Shown: positions 39,690-54,224, numbered from the whole stretch's first letter. The stretch is 63,649 nt of DNA, filler included, from Octopus bimaculoides (GCF_001194135.2; 8 parts of 6 records of this genome joined end to end with filler, not necessarily neighbours in it); one strand, 5' to 3'. Notes: generated by a model not told the origin, from the sequence alone. Made by a program: numbers and translations.

Positions 39690-39870
39690 GTTGGAATTTA
39701 CAAAAGACAAAGACAGGTGACCTGTGCTAACAACAAATAGGTGTATTAGTTTAATGCTCGGGAAGGTGAGAGTCTTTTACGTTTTGAGCCTACGCCCTTC
39801 GACAGAAAGGAACACGGGAAAATAAGCAGAGAGGGAATAGAAAAAGCTTTGGTGGCTAGCGGTTAATCAT
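39690..39870 (-). mobile_element. Short interspersed repeat (family also at ~35450-35545 on + and probably 1-80)
   Basis: Shared aaacgtaaaagact...ttcccgagc(g/a)ttaaacta...acacctg. Confidence 0.55.
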
Positions 39871-40549
39871 GGCAAAACACACTCAACTTAAAAACCTTGC
39901 AAGGACATTGCTGACACTTAGCACTTAACATCACATGCTTTTAACTTTTGAGTCAGCGATGACCATACTCTTCAAATGAGTAGACAGCCATCATATGCAT
40001 CCGAGTAGACCTCATAGTATGCTTGTCTGATAGTATGCTTTCCTATTGTCTGTAAGTTCCTGTTGGTTTCCTATTGTCTGTATGAGTTCAATGTGTATAG
40101 AAATTGACAAAATATACAGCAGCTAAGAATAAACCCATCATCTCTTGCGAGTCTAAATGTTCATGAATATACATACGTATGAACATATAGTCTTCTATTG
40201 TCCATTTCTGTTACTGGTTTCAGTCATCTGACTGCAGCCATACTGGAGCACAATTGTCAAGGGATTTAGTATTTAGCTCGGTCTGCATCTTATTCTATTG
40301 ATCTTCGTTTATTGAATGGCTAATCAACTTTTTTGGCTTAAAAGGGATGCAACTTGACATACCAGTATGACACACATGTACACACAGACACAGACACACA
40401 TATACCCCCACACACACTCACACACATGCATACATACACATACACACACACACCTATATTTATACGTATACATACCTGGATATATAGACATACATTGTGG
40501 AATATTTATGAACATACATGTGTGTATGTGAGTGTGTGTGCGAGTGTGC

Positions 40550-40620
<71 letters not shown>

Positions 40621-40623
<3 letters not shown>

Positions 40624-40874
40624 TCATCATCATCATCGTTTAACGTCCGCTTTCCATGCTAGCATGGGTTGGACGATTTGACGGAGGACTGGTGAAACCA
40701 AATGGCAGCACCAGGCTCCAATCTGATCTGGCAGAGTTTCTACAGCTGGATGCCCTTCCAGATCAGATTGGAGCCTGGTGTAGCCATCTGGTTTCACCAG
40801 TCCTCAGTCAAATCGTCCAACCCATGCTAGCATGGAAAGCGGACGTTAAACAATGATGATGATGATGATGATGA
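40621..40874. mobile_element. Head-to-head inverted pair of RTE-type 3' tails forming a hairpin
   Basis: Arms 40621-40731 and 40758-40874, about 5 mismatches, 26-bp spacer. Sequence matches the RTE tail at 61390-61518. Confidence 0.9.
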
Positions 40875-41498
40875 TATATATATATATGTTTTATACACAC
40901 ACTCACGCACACATTAGCATGTATACATGTACACATATATGTAGGAATACATCAGACTGTAATATCATACATATATTTATGCATCCTCAGACATAGAATA
41001 GGTGCCAAGTTGCTGCACAGCAGAATAATACAACGAAAACAATAATGATAATAATAACAACAATAATGACAATAGTGGTGGTGGTGGTAGTGGCAGCAGT
41101 GGTGGTGATGATGATGATGAGGAGGAGGAGGAGGAGGGAAAAAGTACACTCAAAACACAGAAATAGAAACTACAAAAACAACAACAGCGACGCAACAACA
41201 GCAACAACAACAACACCTCAAAAAAAAAAGAAGCAAAAAAGACTTTATGAATGAGACGATTGCACCAGAAATGACAGTGGTTTGTTGCTTGTAGTGTGCC
41301 TGATACGTCCAATGGCGCAACAATACATAAGATACAATATGAATATTTAAATAGATTTGTTTTAGCTTCTGTATCATAACGAAAGTGTGTTGCTAGTNNN
41401 NNNNNNNNNNNNNNNNNNNNNNNNNNNNNNNNNNNNNNNNNTTAATTAATTAANNNNNNNNNNNNNNNNNNNNNNNNNNNNNNNNNNNNNNNNNNNNC

Positions 41499-41812
41499 CT
41501 AGTACTTAATCTATTGGTCTCTTTTGCCGAATCGCTAAGTTACGAGGACGTAAACACACCAGCATCGGTTGTCAAGCGATGTTGGGGGGACAAACACAGA
41601 CACACGAACATATACACACATACATATATATACATATATATATATACATATATACGACGGATTTCTTTCAGTTTCCGTCTACCAAATCCACTCACCAGGC
41701 TTTGGTCGGCCTGAGGCTATAGTAGAAGACACTTGCCTAAGGTGCCACACAGTGGGACTGAACCCGGAACCATGTGGTTCGTAAGCAAGCTACTTACCAC
41801 ACAGCCACTCCT
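41499..41812 (-). mobile_element. SINE family A, near full length
   Basis: From the tRNA head (rc of ccacacagccactcct) through the body to the gap. Confidence 0.9.
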
Positions 41813-41829
41813 GTAAAGTTTAAAAAAAA

Positions 41830-42620
41830 ATTTTTTAATATCAACTAGATTATGGCTGTGAGATAAAAAATTTACTCAAAGTAGCCGCCCTTAGCTTCCA
41901 GCACGGCCTCAAACGGCTTTGGATACTGGTGCATGCGTTCCTCACCGTCTCCCTGGGTAGATTTTCGAACACCTTTTTGATTTTAGCCACCAGCTCGATC
42001 TTGATGCTGCAGACAGAGCGGTTTGTGTCTTTCTCAACTGCACCACACACATTGTAATCAATTGAATTACAATCGGGGGATTTAATAAGCCAGAAATTCG
42101 GGCCGGTGAAGTCGTAGAAGCTTTCCGACAATCACTTCTGACACTTTCCGAAGATTTGACAAGGAGCCTAATCTAGTTGCCACACATATGGCCTTCCAGC
42201 AGCAATTCTTTCCAGCCAGTAATCAATCACAGTCTCCAGTGGCTTCACTTAACCTTAGTCCCAGTTGAAAGATGTGGGGATTATCTCCAGTAGGCGGACG
42301 CAGTCAGAACGCCTGCTATAACCCTTCCTGCTGGCCATGGCTTTGTAGTCTCCGTTACAACTCTCCGTGTCACGTCTTACAGCCTTTACAGTGTTCACAG
42401 AGCAATTGAACAGCAGTTATGATGTCGGCATTTTAGACATCTTTTCCAATATTCGACATCGTTTCCAATATTCAGATGGCTTCCAATCCTCAGTGTCAGC
42501 TAACTTTTAATTAACTACAGTTTTAAGCTTTATGTTCTCCAGCGTCGTTGACTATTCACCAATACATCAAGCTGATGCTGAAAATGAAAGGAAATCGTCA
42601 AATTTAGTTCGAACACCCGG
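41830..42620 (-). mobile_element. Tc1/maT (DD37D-like) transposon remnant, internally deleted
   Basis: Minus ORF: NFWLIKSPDCNSIDYNVCGAVEKDTNR...RNACTSIQSRL, matching the WPPxSPDxNPLDY motif; right terminus aacacccgg-TA. Confidence 0.7.
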
Positions 42621-42778
42621 TATTGTTCTGGGTTTGGTCTCACTGTGTAAGCGTTTTAGGCAAGTGGCTTCTTCTTTGCTCTTGGGCTGACCAACTTCTT
42701 GTTACAAGAATTAGAGTAATAGAAACTCAACAAAAGCCAGGAGAGAGAGAGAGAGGGGGGGAGAGAGAGAGAATGTGC

Positions 42779-42833
<55 letters not shown>

Positions 42834-43836
42834 TGTGTATATAAAGATAAAACCATTGATGTGACTTTTATGTCCTGCATCTAGCGCTTGTACAAATAAA
42901 GATCGATGAAATAAGTTCCGGACTGAAATAAATAGTAATGGCAATACGATCGCCTAANNNNNNNNNNNNNNNNNNNNNNNNNNNNNNNNNNNNNNNNNNN
43001 NNNNNNNNNNNNNNNNNNNNNNNNNNNNNNNNNNNNNNNNNNNNNNNNNNNNNNNNNNNNNNNNNNNNNNNNNNNNNNNNNNNNNNNNNNNNNNNNNNNN
43101 NNNNNNNNNNNNNNNNNNNNNNNNNNNNNNNNNNNNNNNNNNNNNNNNNNNNNNNNNNNNNNNNNNNNNNNNNNNNNNNNNNNNNNNNNNNNNNNNNNNN
43201 NNNNNNNNNNNNNNNNNNNNNNNNNNNNNNNNNNNNNNNNNNNNNNNNNNNNNNNNNNNNNNNNNNNNNNNNNNNNNNNNNNNNNNNNNNNNNNNNNNNN
43301 NNNNNNNNNNNNNNNNNNNNNNNNNNNNNNNNNNNNNNNNNNNNNNNNNNNNNNNNNNNNNNNNNNNNNNNNNNNNNNNNNNNNNNNNNNNNNNNNNNNN
43401 NNNNNNNNNNNNNNNNNNNNNNNNNNNNNNNNNNNNNNNNNNNNNNNNNNNNNNNNNNNNNNNNNNNNNNNNNNNNNNNNNNNNNNNNNNNNNNNNNNNN
43501 NNNNNNNNNNNNNNNNNNNNNNNNNNNNNNNNNNNNNNNNNNNNNNNNNNNNNNNNNNNNNNNNNNNNNNNNNNNNNNNNNNNNNNNNNNNNNNNNNNNN
43601 NNNNNNNNNNNNAACTGGCTGCCAAGCAGTAAGTGGGAGATAAAAACAAACAAAAACACACTCATACAGGTATTCACATATACGACAGGCTTCCACACAG
43701 TTTCCCTATTCATTCATAAGACGTTGATCAACCTGGGGCTTTAGTAGAAGACACTTGTCCAAGATAAGCGTTCAGTGGGACTGAACTCGAAACCAGAAGG
43801 TCGCAAAGCTAGCTTCTGAACCACATACCAATAAAT

Positions 43837-44341
43837 AATGTTGAATAATGTATCTTGGGCTAGATATTTTGTTCTGGCATTTTACGTTGCACGTTCGATT
43901 TCTGCGAGGGTCAGCTCTTCCCTTTATCTCCTCGAAGTTTTGATCAAGCCCATCTACGATCCAGGGCTTCCAACTGTGACCATCTCAAGATACTCGAGCA
44001 TTGGTATAGATTTTCTCAAGTCCTTAAATATAATTTTAAAAGCCAATGGCACACCTAGCCATCCTTTATGGTTCACCGTTGTGCTGCGGGGCAGCGTAGG
44101 AAAAACACTTCCCTACCGTCTACTTATGTAACTCGACTGCATTGCGAAACGACTCCTGGAAACAAGGTAGACCTGATAATTATAAATGGACGAGATGATC
44201 ACAGTTGGAAGCCCTGGATCGTAGATGGGCTTGATCAAAAGCTCGAGGAGATAAAGGGAAGAGCTGACCCTCGCAGAAATCGAACGTGCAACGTAAAGTG
44301 CCAGAACAAAATATCTAGCCCAAGATACATTATCCAACATT
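43837..44341. repeat. 150-bp inverted repeat arms (43837-43986 / 44192-44341) with a 205-bp spacer
   Basis: The same peptide appears in ORFs 43838(+) and 44409(-); about 5-6 mismatches by eye. Confidence 0.9.
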
Positions 44342-44409
44342 CTAACGATCCAGTTACTTCGCTGCTGTAATTCGTAATGTACCTCATCAATAAACATAAA
44401 TACACACAC

Positions 44410-44463
<54 letters not shown>

Positions 44464-44964
44464 TCAACACGTATCATGTCTTTTTATATTAAAACTTCTG
44501 ATGTATCAATGAAAACATAATTATGACAAGTAAACACAGGTCGCTCCCACCGTTACTACTATAGCTATGCTTGTTTGTTTGGCACTCAGTCTGTTTCAGT
44601 CTTTATGTCTTTCTCCCCTCTATGCTTGTCTGTCTCTTTTCTCTCTCTCTCTTTCTCTCTTTCTCTCTTCCAGTAGCTGTCTTTACCACTCTCTCGCAAT
44701 AGCTCACTTTTCATCTTTTTACTCTTTACGCCAGTTTCGTTTGCTAACATTCTCTGTATTATATATTGTTATTTATTTGTTGTGACATTCAGTTCAAAGC
44801 AACAATAAAAGTCAAACGTTCTCTCCCACCATCACTCTCGCACACCTCCGCCCTATCCCATATAGAAACTTCTCGATTTCTTTCTTTCGTTCTGCAGTTC
44901 CATTTGCCGATTGGCTCGTGCTGTAGCTTACACGCACACGTACATGTACGCACACGTATACAAA

Positions 44965-45018
<54 letters not shown>

Positions 45019-45211
45019 NNNNNNNNNNNNNNNNNNNNNNNNNNNNNNNNNNNNNNNNNNNNTTAATTAATTAANNNNNNNNNNNNNNNNNNNNNNNNNN
45101 NNNNNNNNNNNNNNNNNNAAGCGCTGCTTCTATATCATATTTGAATATATGCGTGTATATATATGTGTGTGTGTGTGTGTATGTATGTGTGCATGTATAT
45201 GTATGTATGTG

Positions 45212-45244
<33 letters not shown>

Positions 45245-45416
45245 GTATTTACATACGAATAATGCATTTATATATAGACCAACAGATATACATACTTATA
45301 TATACATGCATATATTCATATACATACACACCACTTTATCTCTCCCTCCCTCTCCTCCTTCTAACTTTTCAATATTTCCACGCTTTGCTATTATGAACTC
45401 TTAATTTTCTTTCTCT

Positions 45417-45451
<35 letters not shown>

Positions 45452-45530
45452 ATTCTCTTTCTCTCTCTGTCTATCTATCTATCTATCTGTCTATCTATCT
45501 TCCTCTCCTTCTCTTCCTTTCTTTCCCCTT

Positions 45531-45566
<36 letters not shown>

Positions 45567-46097
45567 TTTCTGTATCAATCAATCTTTCTCGTTCGTCATC
45601 TCCCTCGCCGCTACCTCATCTCATCTCATTTCAACTCTTCATATATTCCATCTCCACCTCTTTCTCCTCCTCTTCTTCTTCCTCTTCTTCTTCCTCTTCT
45701 TCTTCTCCTCCTCCTCCCCTCCTACTTCTCCTCCTCCTCTTCTTCTCTTTCCTGATCGCATCTCTACACCCCTTACACACATTTTCCTTCGATTTTTCTT
45801 ATTGTTTTGTTTTCGGCACAACATTTTAATGTGTTCTGAATTGAAATATTCCGAAAACAAAGGAGCAAAATCATGTCCCTATGGACTACAATGGATATAT
45901 ATTCATCACTCGTGCTTCCCCAAGCGGAAGGGCAACTTGATTCCGCCCTTCAGACAAGAGAAAAAAAAATTACACACACACACACAAATACATACACACA
46001 AATACATACACACAAATACACACACACGCACGCACACACACACACACACACACACAAACATACTCCACATGCATAGATACATACATACATACATACA

Positions 46098-46129
<32 letters not shown>

Positions 46130-46166
46130 CACATACATACATACATAATACATACACAGATATACA

Positions 46167-46237
<71 letters not shown>

Positions 46238-46699
46238 AGGTGTGTGTGTGTATATATGTATGTATATATATATATATATTGAAAATAAATACATACGTGA
46301 ATGCAGACATTACTGAATAGTTAAGAAATTCACTTTTCAACCACATGGTTCCGGGTTCCATACTACTGAGCAGCACTTTGTGCTTCGACAAATAAACTTA
46401 GATCAAGTAAGTAGAAAGACGAAATAAATACTGGGGTTGATATGATCGCCTAAACCGTTAAAGATGGTGCTCCAGCATGGCCGCAGCCCATTCATTGAAA
46501 TTCTAAACAGAATACGTACATGCATACATTCATGTATAGACGCATGCAAACAAAGACTACACATGAATATTGCGAAGTAAATGTGTTCGTGTGCAAGGCC
46601 TGCATGTACATGTGACATATACTTAGATGTATACGTACATATAAACTGACTATTGTCCATTTCATTCGTGTCATATATGTGTGTGTGTATATGTATACA

Positions 46700-46749
<50 letters not shown>

Positions 46750-47097
46750 NNNNNNNNNNNNNNNNNNNNNNNNNNNNNNNNNNNNNNNNNNNNNNNNNNN
46801 NNNNNNNNNNNNNNNNNNNNNNNNNNNNNNNNNNNNNNNNNNNNNNNNNNNNNNNNNNNNNNNNNNNNNNNNNNNNNNNNNNNNNNNNNNNNNNNNNNNN
46901 NNNNNNNNNNNNNNNNNNNNNNNNNNNNNNNNNNNNNNNNNNNNNNNNNNNNNNNNNNNNNNNNNNNNNNNNNNNNNNNNNNNNNNNNNNNNNNNNNNNN
47001 NNNNNNNNNNNNNNNNNNNNNNNNNNNNNNNNNNNNNNNNNNNNNNNNNNNNNNNNNNNNNNNNNNNNNNNCACACATATATATATATATATATATA

Positions 47098-47252
47098 TGA
47101 CATGCTTCTTTCAGTTTCCGTCTACCAAATCCACTCATAAGGCTTTGGTTGGCCCGAGGCTATAGTAGAAGGCACTTGTCCAAGATGCCACGCAGTGGGA
47201 CTGAACCCGGAATCATGTGGTTGGAAATCAAGCTTCTTACCACAGTCACTCC
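47098..47252 (-). mobile_element. SINE family A, 5' part
   Basis: cttctttcagtttccgtctaccaaatccactc...gggactgaacccgg...ccacagtcactcc. Confidence 0.85.
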
Positions 47253-47254
47253 AT

Positions 47255-47466
47255 ATTGGTTTCAAATTTTGGCACAAAGCCAGTAATTTCAGGGGAGGAA
47301 GTAAGTTGATTACATCGATCCCAGTGTGTTTAGCTGGTACTTATCAACCCCGAAAGGACAGAAGGCAAAGTTGACCTCAGCAGAATTTGAACTCAGAACG
47401 TACAGATAGAAGAAATGCCGCTCAGCCTTTATCCCGATATGCTAATGATTCTGCCAGTTCGGCGCC
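47255..47466 (-). mobile_element. SINE family B, near full length
   Basis: The reverse complement starts with a tRNA-like head (ggcagaatcattagc...gagttcaaattc B-box). Confidence 0.8.
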
Positions 47467-47474
47467 CTATCATG

Positions 47475-47520
<46 letters not shown>

Positions 47521-47521
47521 T

Positions 47522-47588
<67 letters not shown>

Positions 47589-47889
47589 TGTATGTACGTA
47601 TGTATGTGCGTATGTATGTATGTATATTCCTCCACTGCTATCAGTCAGCGAGCGGCCTGAGGCAGTTCTGGGGCGCTGCCTTGAAGGCTTTTGTCGATCA
47701 AATCGACACCAGGACTTGTTTGTTTGTAAGTCTAGTACTTGTTTCAATTACTTAGCTACGGGTACGTAAGCAATCCAACTGATTTCTGCAACGGTATCGA
47801 GCCCAATGCAAACACTCTCACACACATATACACACCTGTACACACACACATACACACACATTACATGCATACATACATACATACATACA

Positions 47890-48003
<114 letters not shown>

Positions 48004-48106
48004 GCTTAAACAACTCAAGTGTCATATTAAGAGGCCCTCGTCCTATGATGTTAAGGTACTGCACATTTTGAATATTATAAGCTTGAGATATAATTTTCAT
48101 CAGTAT

Positions 48107-48326
48107 CAATGGTTCTCAACCGGGCTCCGTGCCGTGTGCCCCTTGGGGTCCATATAAGATTTTGTTGTTAAAATTTATGTGCAATAAACTGGTTATACTT
48201 CTGTAATGCACAAAACAAAATATTTTCACAATTTTTCTTGTATAATGTTTAATTAAAAAAAAGTAATATAATTTTTTTAAACATTGAAAGGGGTCCATAG
48301 ATTAAAAAAATGGTTGAGGACCACTG
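48107..48326. mobile_element. hAT/Charlie-like MITE (~220 bp)
   Basis: 15-bp TIRs caatggttctcaacc / ggttgaggaccactg; the right flank ctctagtt resembles the Charlie NTCTAGAN target. Confidence 0.7.
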
Positions 48327-49611
48327 CTCTAGTTAATCGGTTCCCACTATTATGCATAGCTTTTCCAGGCTCTTGATTGCACTTTTTCTGTGCTTCTTGA
48401 TCCTCTGGGTAGAAAGCCCTCAAACAGCTCCAACTATCATGTGTATTGTTTTGCATCCTCAAACTTTTCTTTCTGAACATACAATGGTTTACAGTTCTGG
48501 AAGGGATTTGTTGTCTTCAGAAGTGATAAGGACTTCTGTACTCATACAGATCCAAATTGACCAGATGCCACCACGGTGCTCATCACCTGTATGCACTGTA
48601 TAACAAGGGAGACGCAAATAATATTATTTGCAGTGAACCTCGTGTTACATTGTCAGTGAATCGAGAAAGCATTCAGTGGGTGAGTAAAGTAAGAGTTCGT
48701 CTCTTCTTGTTGGTTCTGAGATAAATTCTTCAAGCAACGAGGTACTTGCTTTAGTGACAAGCCACTGCCACAGTGCTTTGTGGTTTCTTTTTCTTTTTCT
48801 CCGGCTGTTAAGTGATATCGGATAGTTCCTCTTGAGTAGCAACTCCAGGAAAACAGATGTTATAAAATATTTTTGCTTGCATTGTGTAAATTCTTGTTTT
48901 CACTTGTTAAACATGTCTTTTATTTTTCATTTGATAGTGTATGTACCTCATATTTTCTTTTATTTTTTTCTTATATTTTAGCTCAATTTGTTCATCTAAG
49001 AAACTGTATGCGGATCAATTAGAAGTTTTTTTTATCAAAGCATTACCCTTTTTTTAAATCTTAAAATGAAATTTTCTTTTTGTTAGGAGTGCAAAAATTG
49101 ATCAAATATTTCCTTGAGTTCCATAACATACCAATATTCCGCTACGTGTATCCGTGTCACTAATCCATCTTTCGAACCTTCAACTACAACCAGTGTCACT
49201 ACAATAACTACTAATACACAACAATTCCAGTGCTAGACTACTTCAGCTTCCCAAACCATAGTCACTACTACCAACATGATACATTCTCATCTTATTCAGG
49301 AATGAAGTCCCAAAATTAATATGAAAGAGACTGCAAATGACACATCAGATATTTTTTACCACTGTGCTACGGTAAACTTGTGCAACACAATATTTTTAGG
49401 CCCGTTGGAAAATACAAAGATGTGTAGAAAGTCACTGTACCAGTGCTTGTATATTCTTTTAGGGATAAAGGAATATATTGTTTACATATGTGTGTGTTTG
49501 TTCGTCTGTGTGTGTGTGTGTGTATGTATGTATGCATATGTATGTATGTATGTCTATGCATATATAGTATATATATATACACGCGCGCGCGCACATACAT
49601 ATATACATCTT

Positions 49612-50176
49612 TTATCTTTTACTTCTTTCAGTCATTAGACTGTGGCCATGATGGAGCACTGCTCTGAAGGATTCTTAATCGAATGAATTGATCCCATTAC
49701 TTATATTTTCATTTTTCTTCAAGCATGGTACTTATCCTATCGATCTCTTTGCCTAACCGTTAAATTACAGGGATGTAAACATACTAACACCGGTCATCAA
49801 ACGGTGGCAGGGAACAACCGCAGACACAAAGACACAAATATATTTATGTATAGATGTATATATGTATAATCGTACGTGCATGCATGCGTGTGTGTGTGTG
49901 TGTGTGTGTATGTGTGTGTGCGCGTATGTGTGTGTATGGACGCGCGACAGAGAGAGAAAGAAAGAGAGAGATTCTTTCATCCATTTATTTTTTGTTTCAG
50001 TCATTGGAATGTGACCACGGTGGCGGGCACCGCTTTTAAAGGTTTAATCAAATACATTGAAATCTATTTGCCAAACCGTTAAGTTACAGAGAGGTAAAAG
50101 GACCAGCATAGGTTCTCATGCAGCGTGAGAACAAACATAAAATCGCGCATACACATACATGCACTTACACAAACAT

Positions 50177-50213
<37 letters not shown>

Positions 50214-50517
50214 CACTTACACACATTCATATATGTGTGCGGGGGTTCGTATGTACGTATGTATGCCTGTGTGTATGTATGCATGGTTTTTGTCTAACAA
50301 ATTTACTTACAGTGCATTGGTCGACCCAAGGTTGTAGTAGAAGACACTCGCCGAAGGTTCCACGTAGTGGGACTGAACCAGAAACCGCGTGGTTGCGAAA
50401 CGAACTTCTCAACCACAGAGCCACCTCTGTTCCTACACATATATTTCTATATATATACACACCACACATACGCACACACACACATACAGAGACACACATC
50501 CACACATATGTATGTAA

Positions 50518-50554
<37 letters not shown>

Positions 50555-50792
50555 TGCGTGCGTGTGTGTGTATGTGTGTGTTTGTGTGTGTGTTTGTGTG
50601 TACTTGTGTTTGTCCCCCCACCATCGCTTGACAGCTTATGCTGGTGTGTTTACGTCCTCGTAACATAGTGGTTCGGCAAAATAGACCGATAGAATAAGTA
50701 CTAGGCTTGCAAAGAATAATTCTTGAGGTCGAGCAGCGCCCCAGCATGGCCGCAGTCAAATGACTGAAACAAGTGAAAGTGTAAAAGAGTAA
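49612..50792. mobile_element. Cluster of three SINE family A copies (49612-49835 -, 49985-50430 -, 50590-50792 +)
   Basis: Repeated gtttcagtcatt.../gaccgatagaataagtactaggctt segments. Confidence 0.7.
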
Positions 50793-52063
50793 AGAATATA
50801 TATGTATATATATATATATTTAAATAATAAGGATGGCAAATTGAATATTAATTTGATTAATATCAATTTAAAACCAGTGGCCTAGCATATTGAAAAAATC
50901 TGAAGATTCAGAAAAATTATATTACATACATATAATAGGGATATTTTGTATATTTTTATTTATCTTGCTCGCTTACGTTCTGGTGTTTGCTGAATTTTCT
51001 TGAGAACAATCTTTTCTTAGTGGTCAGATCGTAGTTGATCTTCTTCTAGCATAATGGATGTCCGCTTAGTGGTCATCCCTATTATATGTTATTTCTTTAC
51101 TACCCACAAGGGGCTACACACAGAGGGGACAAACAAGGACAGACAAACACGGATTAAGTCGATTATATCGACCCCAGTGCGTAACTGGTACTTATTTAAT
51201 CGNNNNNNNNNNNNNNNNNNNNNNNNNNNNNNNNNNNNNNNNNNNNNNNNNNNNNNNNNNNNNNNNNNNNNNNNNNNNNNNNNNNNNNNNNNNNNNNNNN
51301 NNNNNNNNNNNNNNNNNNNNNNNNNNNNNNNNNNNNNNNNNNNNNNNNNNNNNNNNNNNNNNNNNNNNNNNNNNNNNNNNNNNNNNNNNNNNNNNNNNNN
51401 NNNNNNNNNNNNNNNNNNNNNNNNNNNNNNNNNNNNNNNNNNNNNNNNNNNNNNNNNNNNNNNNNNNNNNNNNNNNNNNNNNNNNNNNNNNNNNNNNNNN
51501 NNNNNNNNNNNNNNNNNNNNNNNNNNNNNNNNNNNNNNNNNNNNNNNNNNNNNNNNNNNNNNNNNNNNNNNNNNNNNNNNNNNTATATATACGCACACAC
51601 ATTCTTTCTCTCTCTCTCTCTCTCACACACACACATACACACATACACACACATATATCACATATATGCTACCACACTTATTGTCAATATGCTGTGAATC
51701 GAAAAAAGAAGGTTGAAAAATCGTTATTAATGTTTTTATGGATGTAGTGCAGTGGTTAGTTGTACACGTGTCCGACTGTTAACCTTAATGTTACTCGGTT
51801 ATAATGAATGCACAATCAAAACAACAATATAAAACAAGCACTAGCACCACAAACAAGGAGTTGCTTGATCTGCAATGAATAACAACAAAATCTCCTTCAA
51901 ATCATGCCATACATACTTCATAAAGTATAAACTGGATAATGTATAAAATGTATCTTAAAAGCAAGACGGGATGTTCTCGGCAAGAACTCAGACGATCGTA
52001 AGTTTGCTCGATCAATGCTGAGGTAGGATTAAGTGATGATGATGATGATGATGATGATTTCCA

Positions 52064-52272
52064 TTATAAGCACAAGGCCTGAAATGCTGGGGGTAAGGAT
52101 CTAGTCGGGTATATCGACCTCGGTATTTGACTGATACTTATTTTATCGACCGTGAAAGAATGAAAGGCAAAATCGACCTCATTGGAATTTGAACTCAGAA
52201 CGTAAAAGACGGACGATATGCCGCTAAGCATTTTGTCCGGCGTGCTAGCGATTTTACCAGCTCGCTGCCTCA
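52064..52272 (-). mobile_element. SINE family B, near full length
   Basis: Ends ...cgtgctagcgattttaccagctcgctgcct (rc of the tRNA head); B-box rc gaatttgaactc. Confidence 0.85.
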
Positions 52273-52289
52273 ATGATAATAATAATAAC

Positions 52290-52338
<49 letters not shown>

Positions 52339-53307
52339 ATTATTATTATTATTATTAATATTATATAACAACAACAACAACAGCAGGCTAAACAATAGAT
52401 AAGACACAATAAGGACTACCTTCATAACATCAACAAACTCTGCTAGAGCCAACACCACCTCATTAACAACCACTACCTCCACAATGACGCTAAACAACAA
52501 CTACTGTAACAAGAACTCGTGAAAGATCATAATGTCTAACACAACCACCACCACCACCACCACCACCACCACTAGAACACGCCAGAACAAGCCCCACCAC
52601 TACAAACAATAACAACATTAGACAATAACAACCTTAAACAATAACAGCAAACAACAATATAAACAACAAAAACTAAACACAACAAAAAGTAAACAACAAC
52701 AACAACAGTAACAATAATAACAAGCAAACAAGCAATATCAACAAGAATGGCGTCAATTTCGCTTGAATACTCTGCTGAACCAAACATTTTATTCGCTGTA
52801 ATATGGCGGACTTTATACTGACATCCCAGGAGATTTCTGTGCGCCATGATTGCTAGAAAGGCGGGATACTGAACGCATGTTTGCTTACACTGTTTGTTTC
52901 TTTCTTTTTTTCTTTTTTTTCTTAGCAGTACCTTTTTTTTTGTCTGGTATTTTGTGTGTGTATGTGTGTATGTGTGTATGCGTGTGTGTGTGTGTGCGTG
53001 TGTGCGTGTGTGTGTGTGGTTTTTACTGTTCTCTGGTTGGTATATTTCACTTATTTTTTACTTGATGCAGTGTTATTATAATTGTTGTTTTTGTTGTTGT
53101 TGTTACTGCTGCTGCTGTTGATCGTAATTTTATTCTTTCGACTTTATTTTACAATTGATATTTGAAATTTACTTGTCGCAACGTTTCTGCATTTACTACT
53201 GATTGCCGTTGCTGTTGCTGTTGTTGGTGTATGACAGCTATCGACAATACGTTTGTTATTAATGGTGCTAAAGACAAAAATGAATGCAATGATGATAACG
53301 ACAATGC

Positions 53308-53606
<299 letters not shown>

Positions 53607-54151
53607 CAAACAGCAGCAACAACAGCTCCACTGCTGTTTCCATCGCTGATTCTAGTTGTTGTTACTAGAATTGCACAATATAGTTATAAGAATTACCAAT
53701 GAATTTTTCTTATCCTCACTCATGTTGTTGTAGTTGTTGCTGTTACTGTTGCAGCTACTGCTGATCTTAAATCCTCGTTCTTTTTCTAAGCATTATGTAT
53801 GAAAATATAGAAGGTATTTAGTAGGAAAAATAATCAGTGTGGGAACGAACTTGCCTCTTTGCGTGTTTGCATAAAAAGAACGTCCATATTGACTTATATA
53901 ATTCCCTAAATCCATACATGAATTCAATCATATTCATACAGATAAATGCATACATGCACACATATATACATATGTGTGTGTATGTTTGCATGCAATACAT
54001 TCACTCATATATATACATATATATATGTACACACATACACACACACATATATATTCACATATATATATATATATGGATGTATGCATATATACGTATATTT
54101 ACATATATATATATATGTGTAGATTTCAGTAGTCCGGCATGGCGAACGTGC

Positions 54152-54224
<73 letters not shown>

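Noticed and set aside
39765-39810. Hammerhead-like rc ctgtcgaa-gggc-gtag-gctc-aaaacgt
   Set aside because: Both catalytic boxes are mutated and no stem I or III pairing is found.
48634-48685. Possible 46-nt plus-strand exon (cag|tgaacc...tgg|gtgagt; EPRVTLSVNRESIQW)
   Set aside because: Weak pyrimidine tract, no partner exons; such matches are expected by chance.
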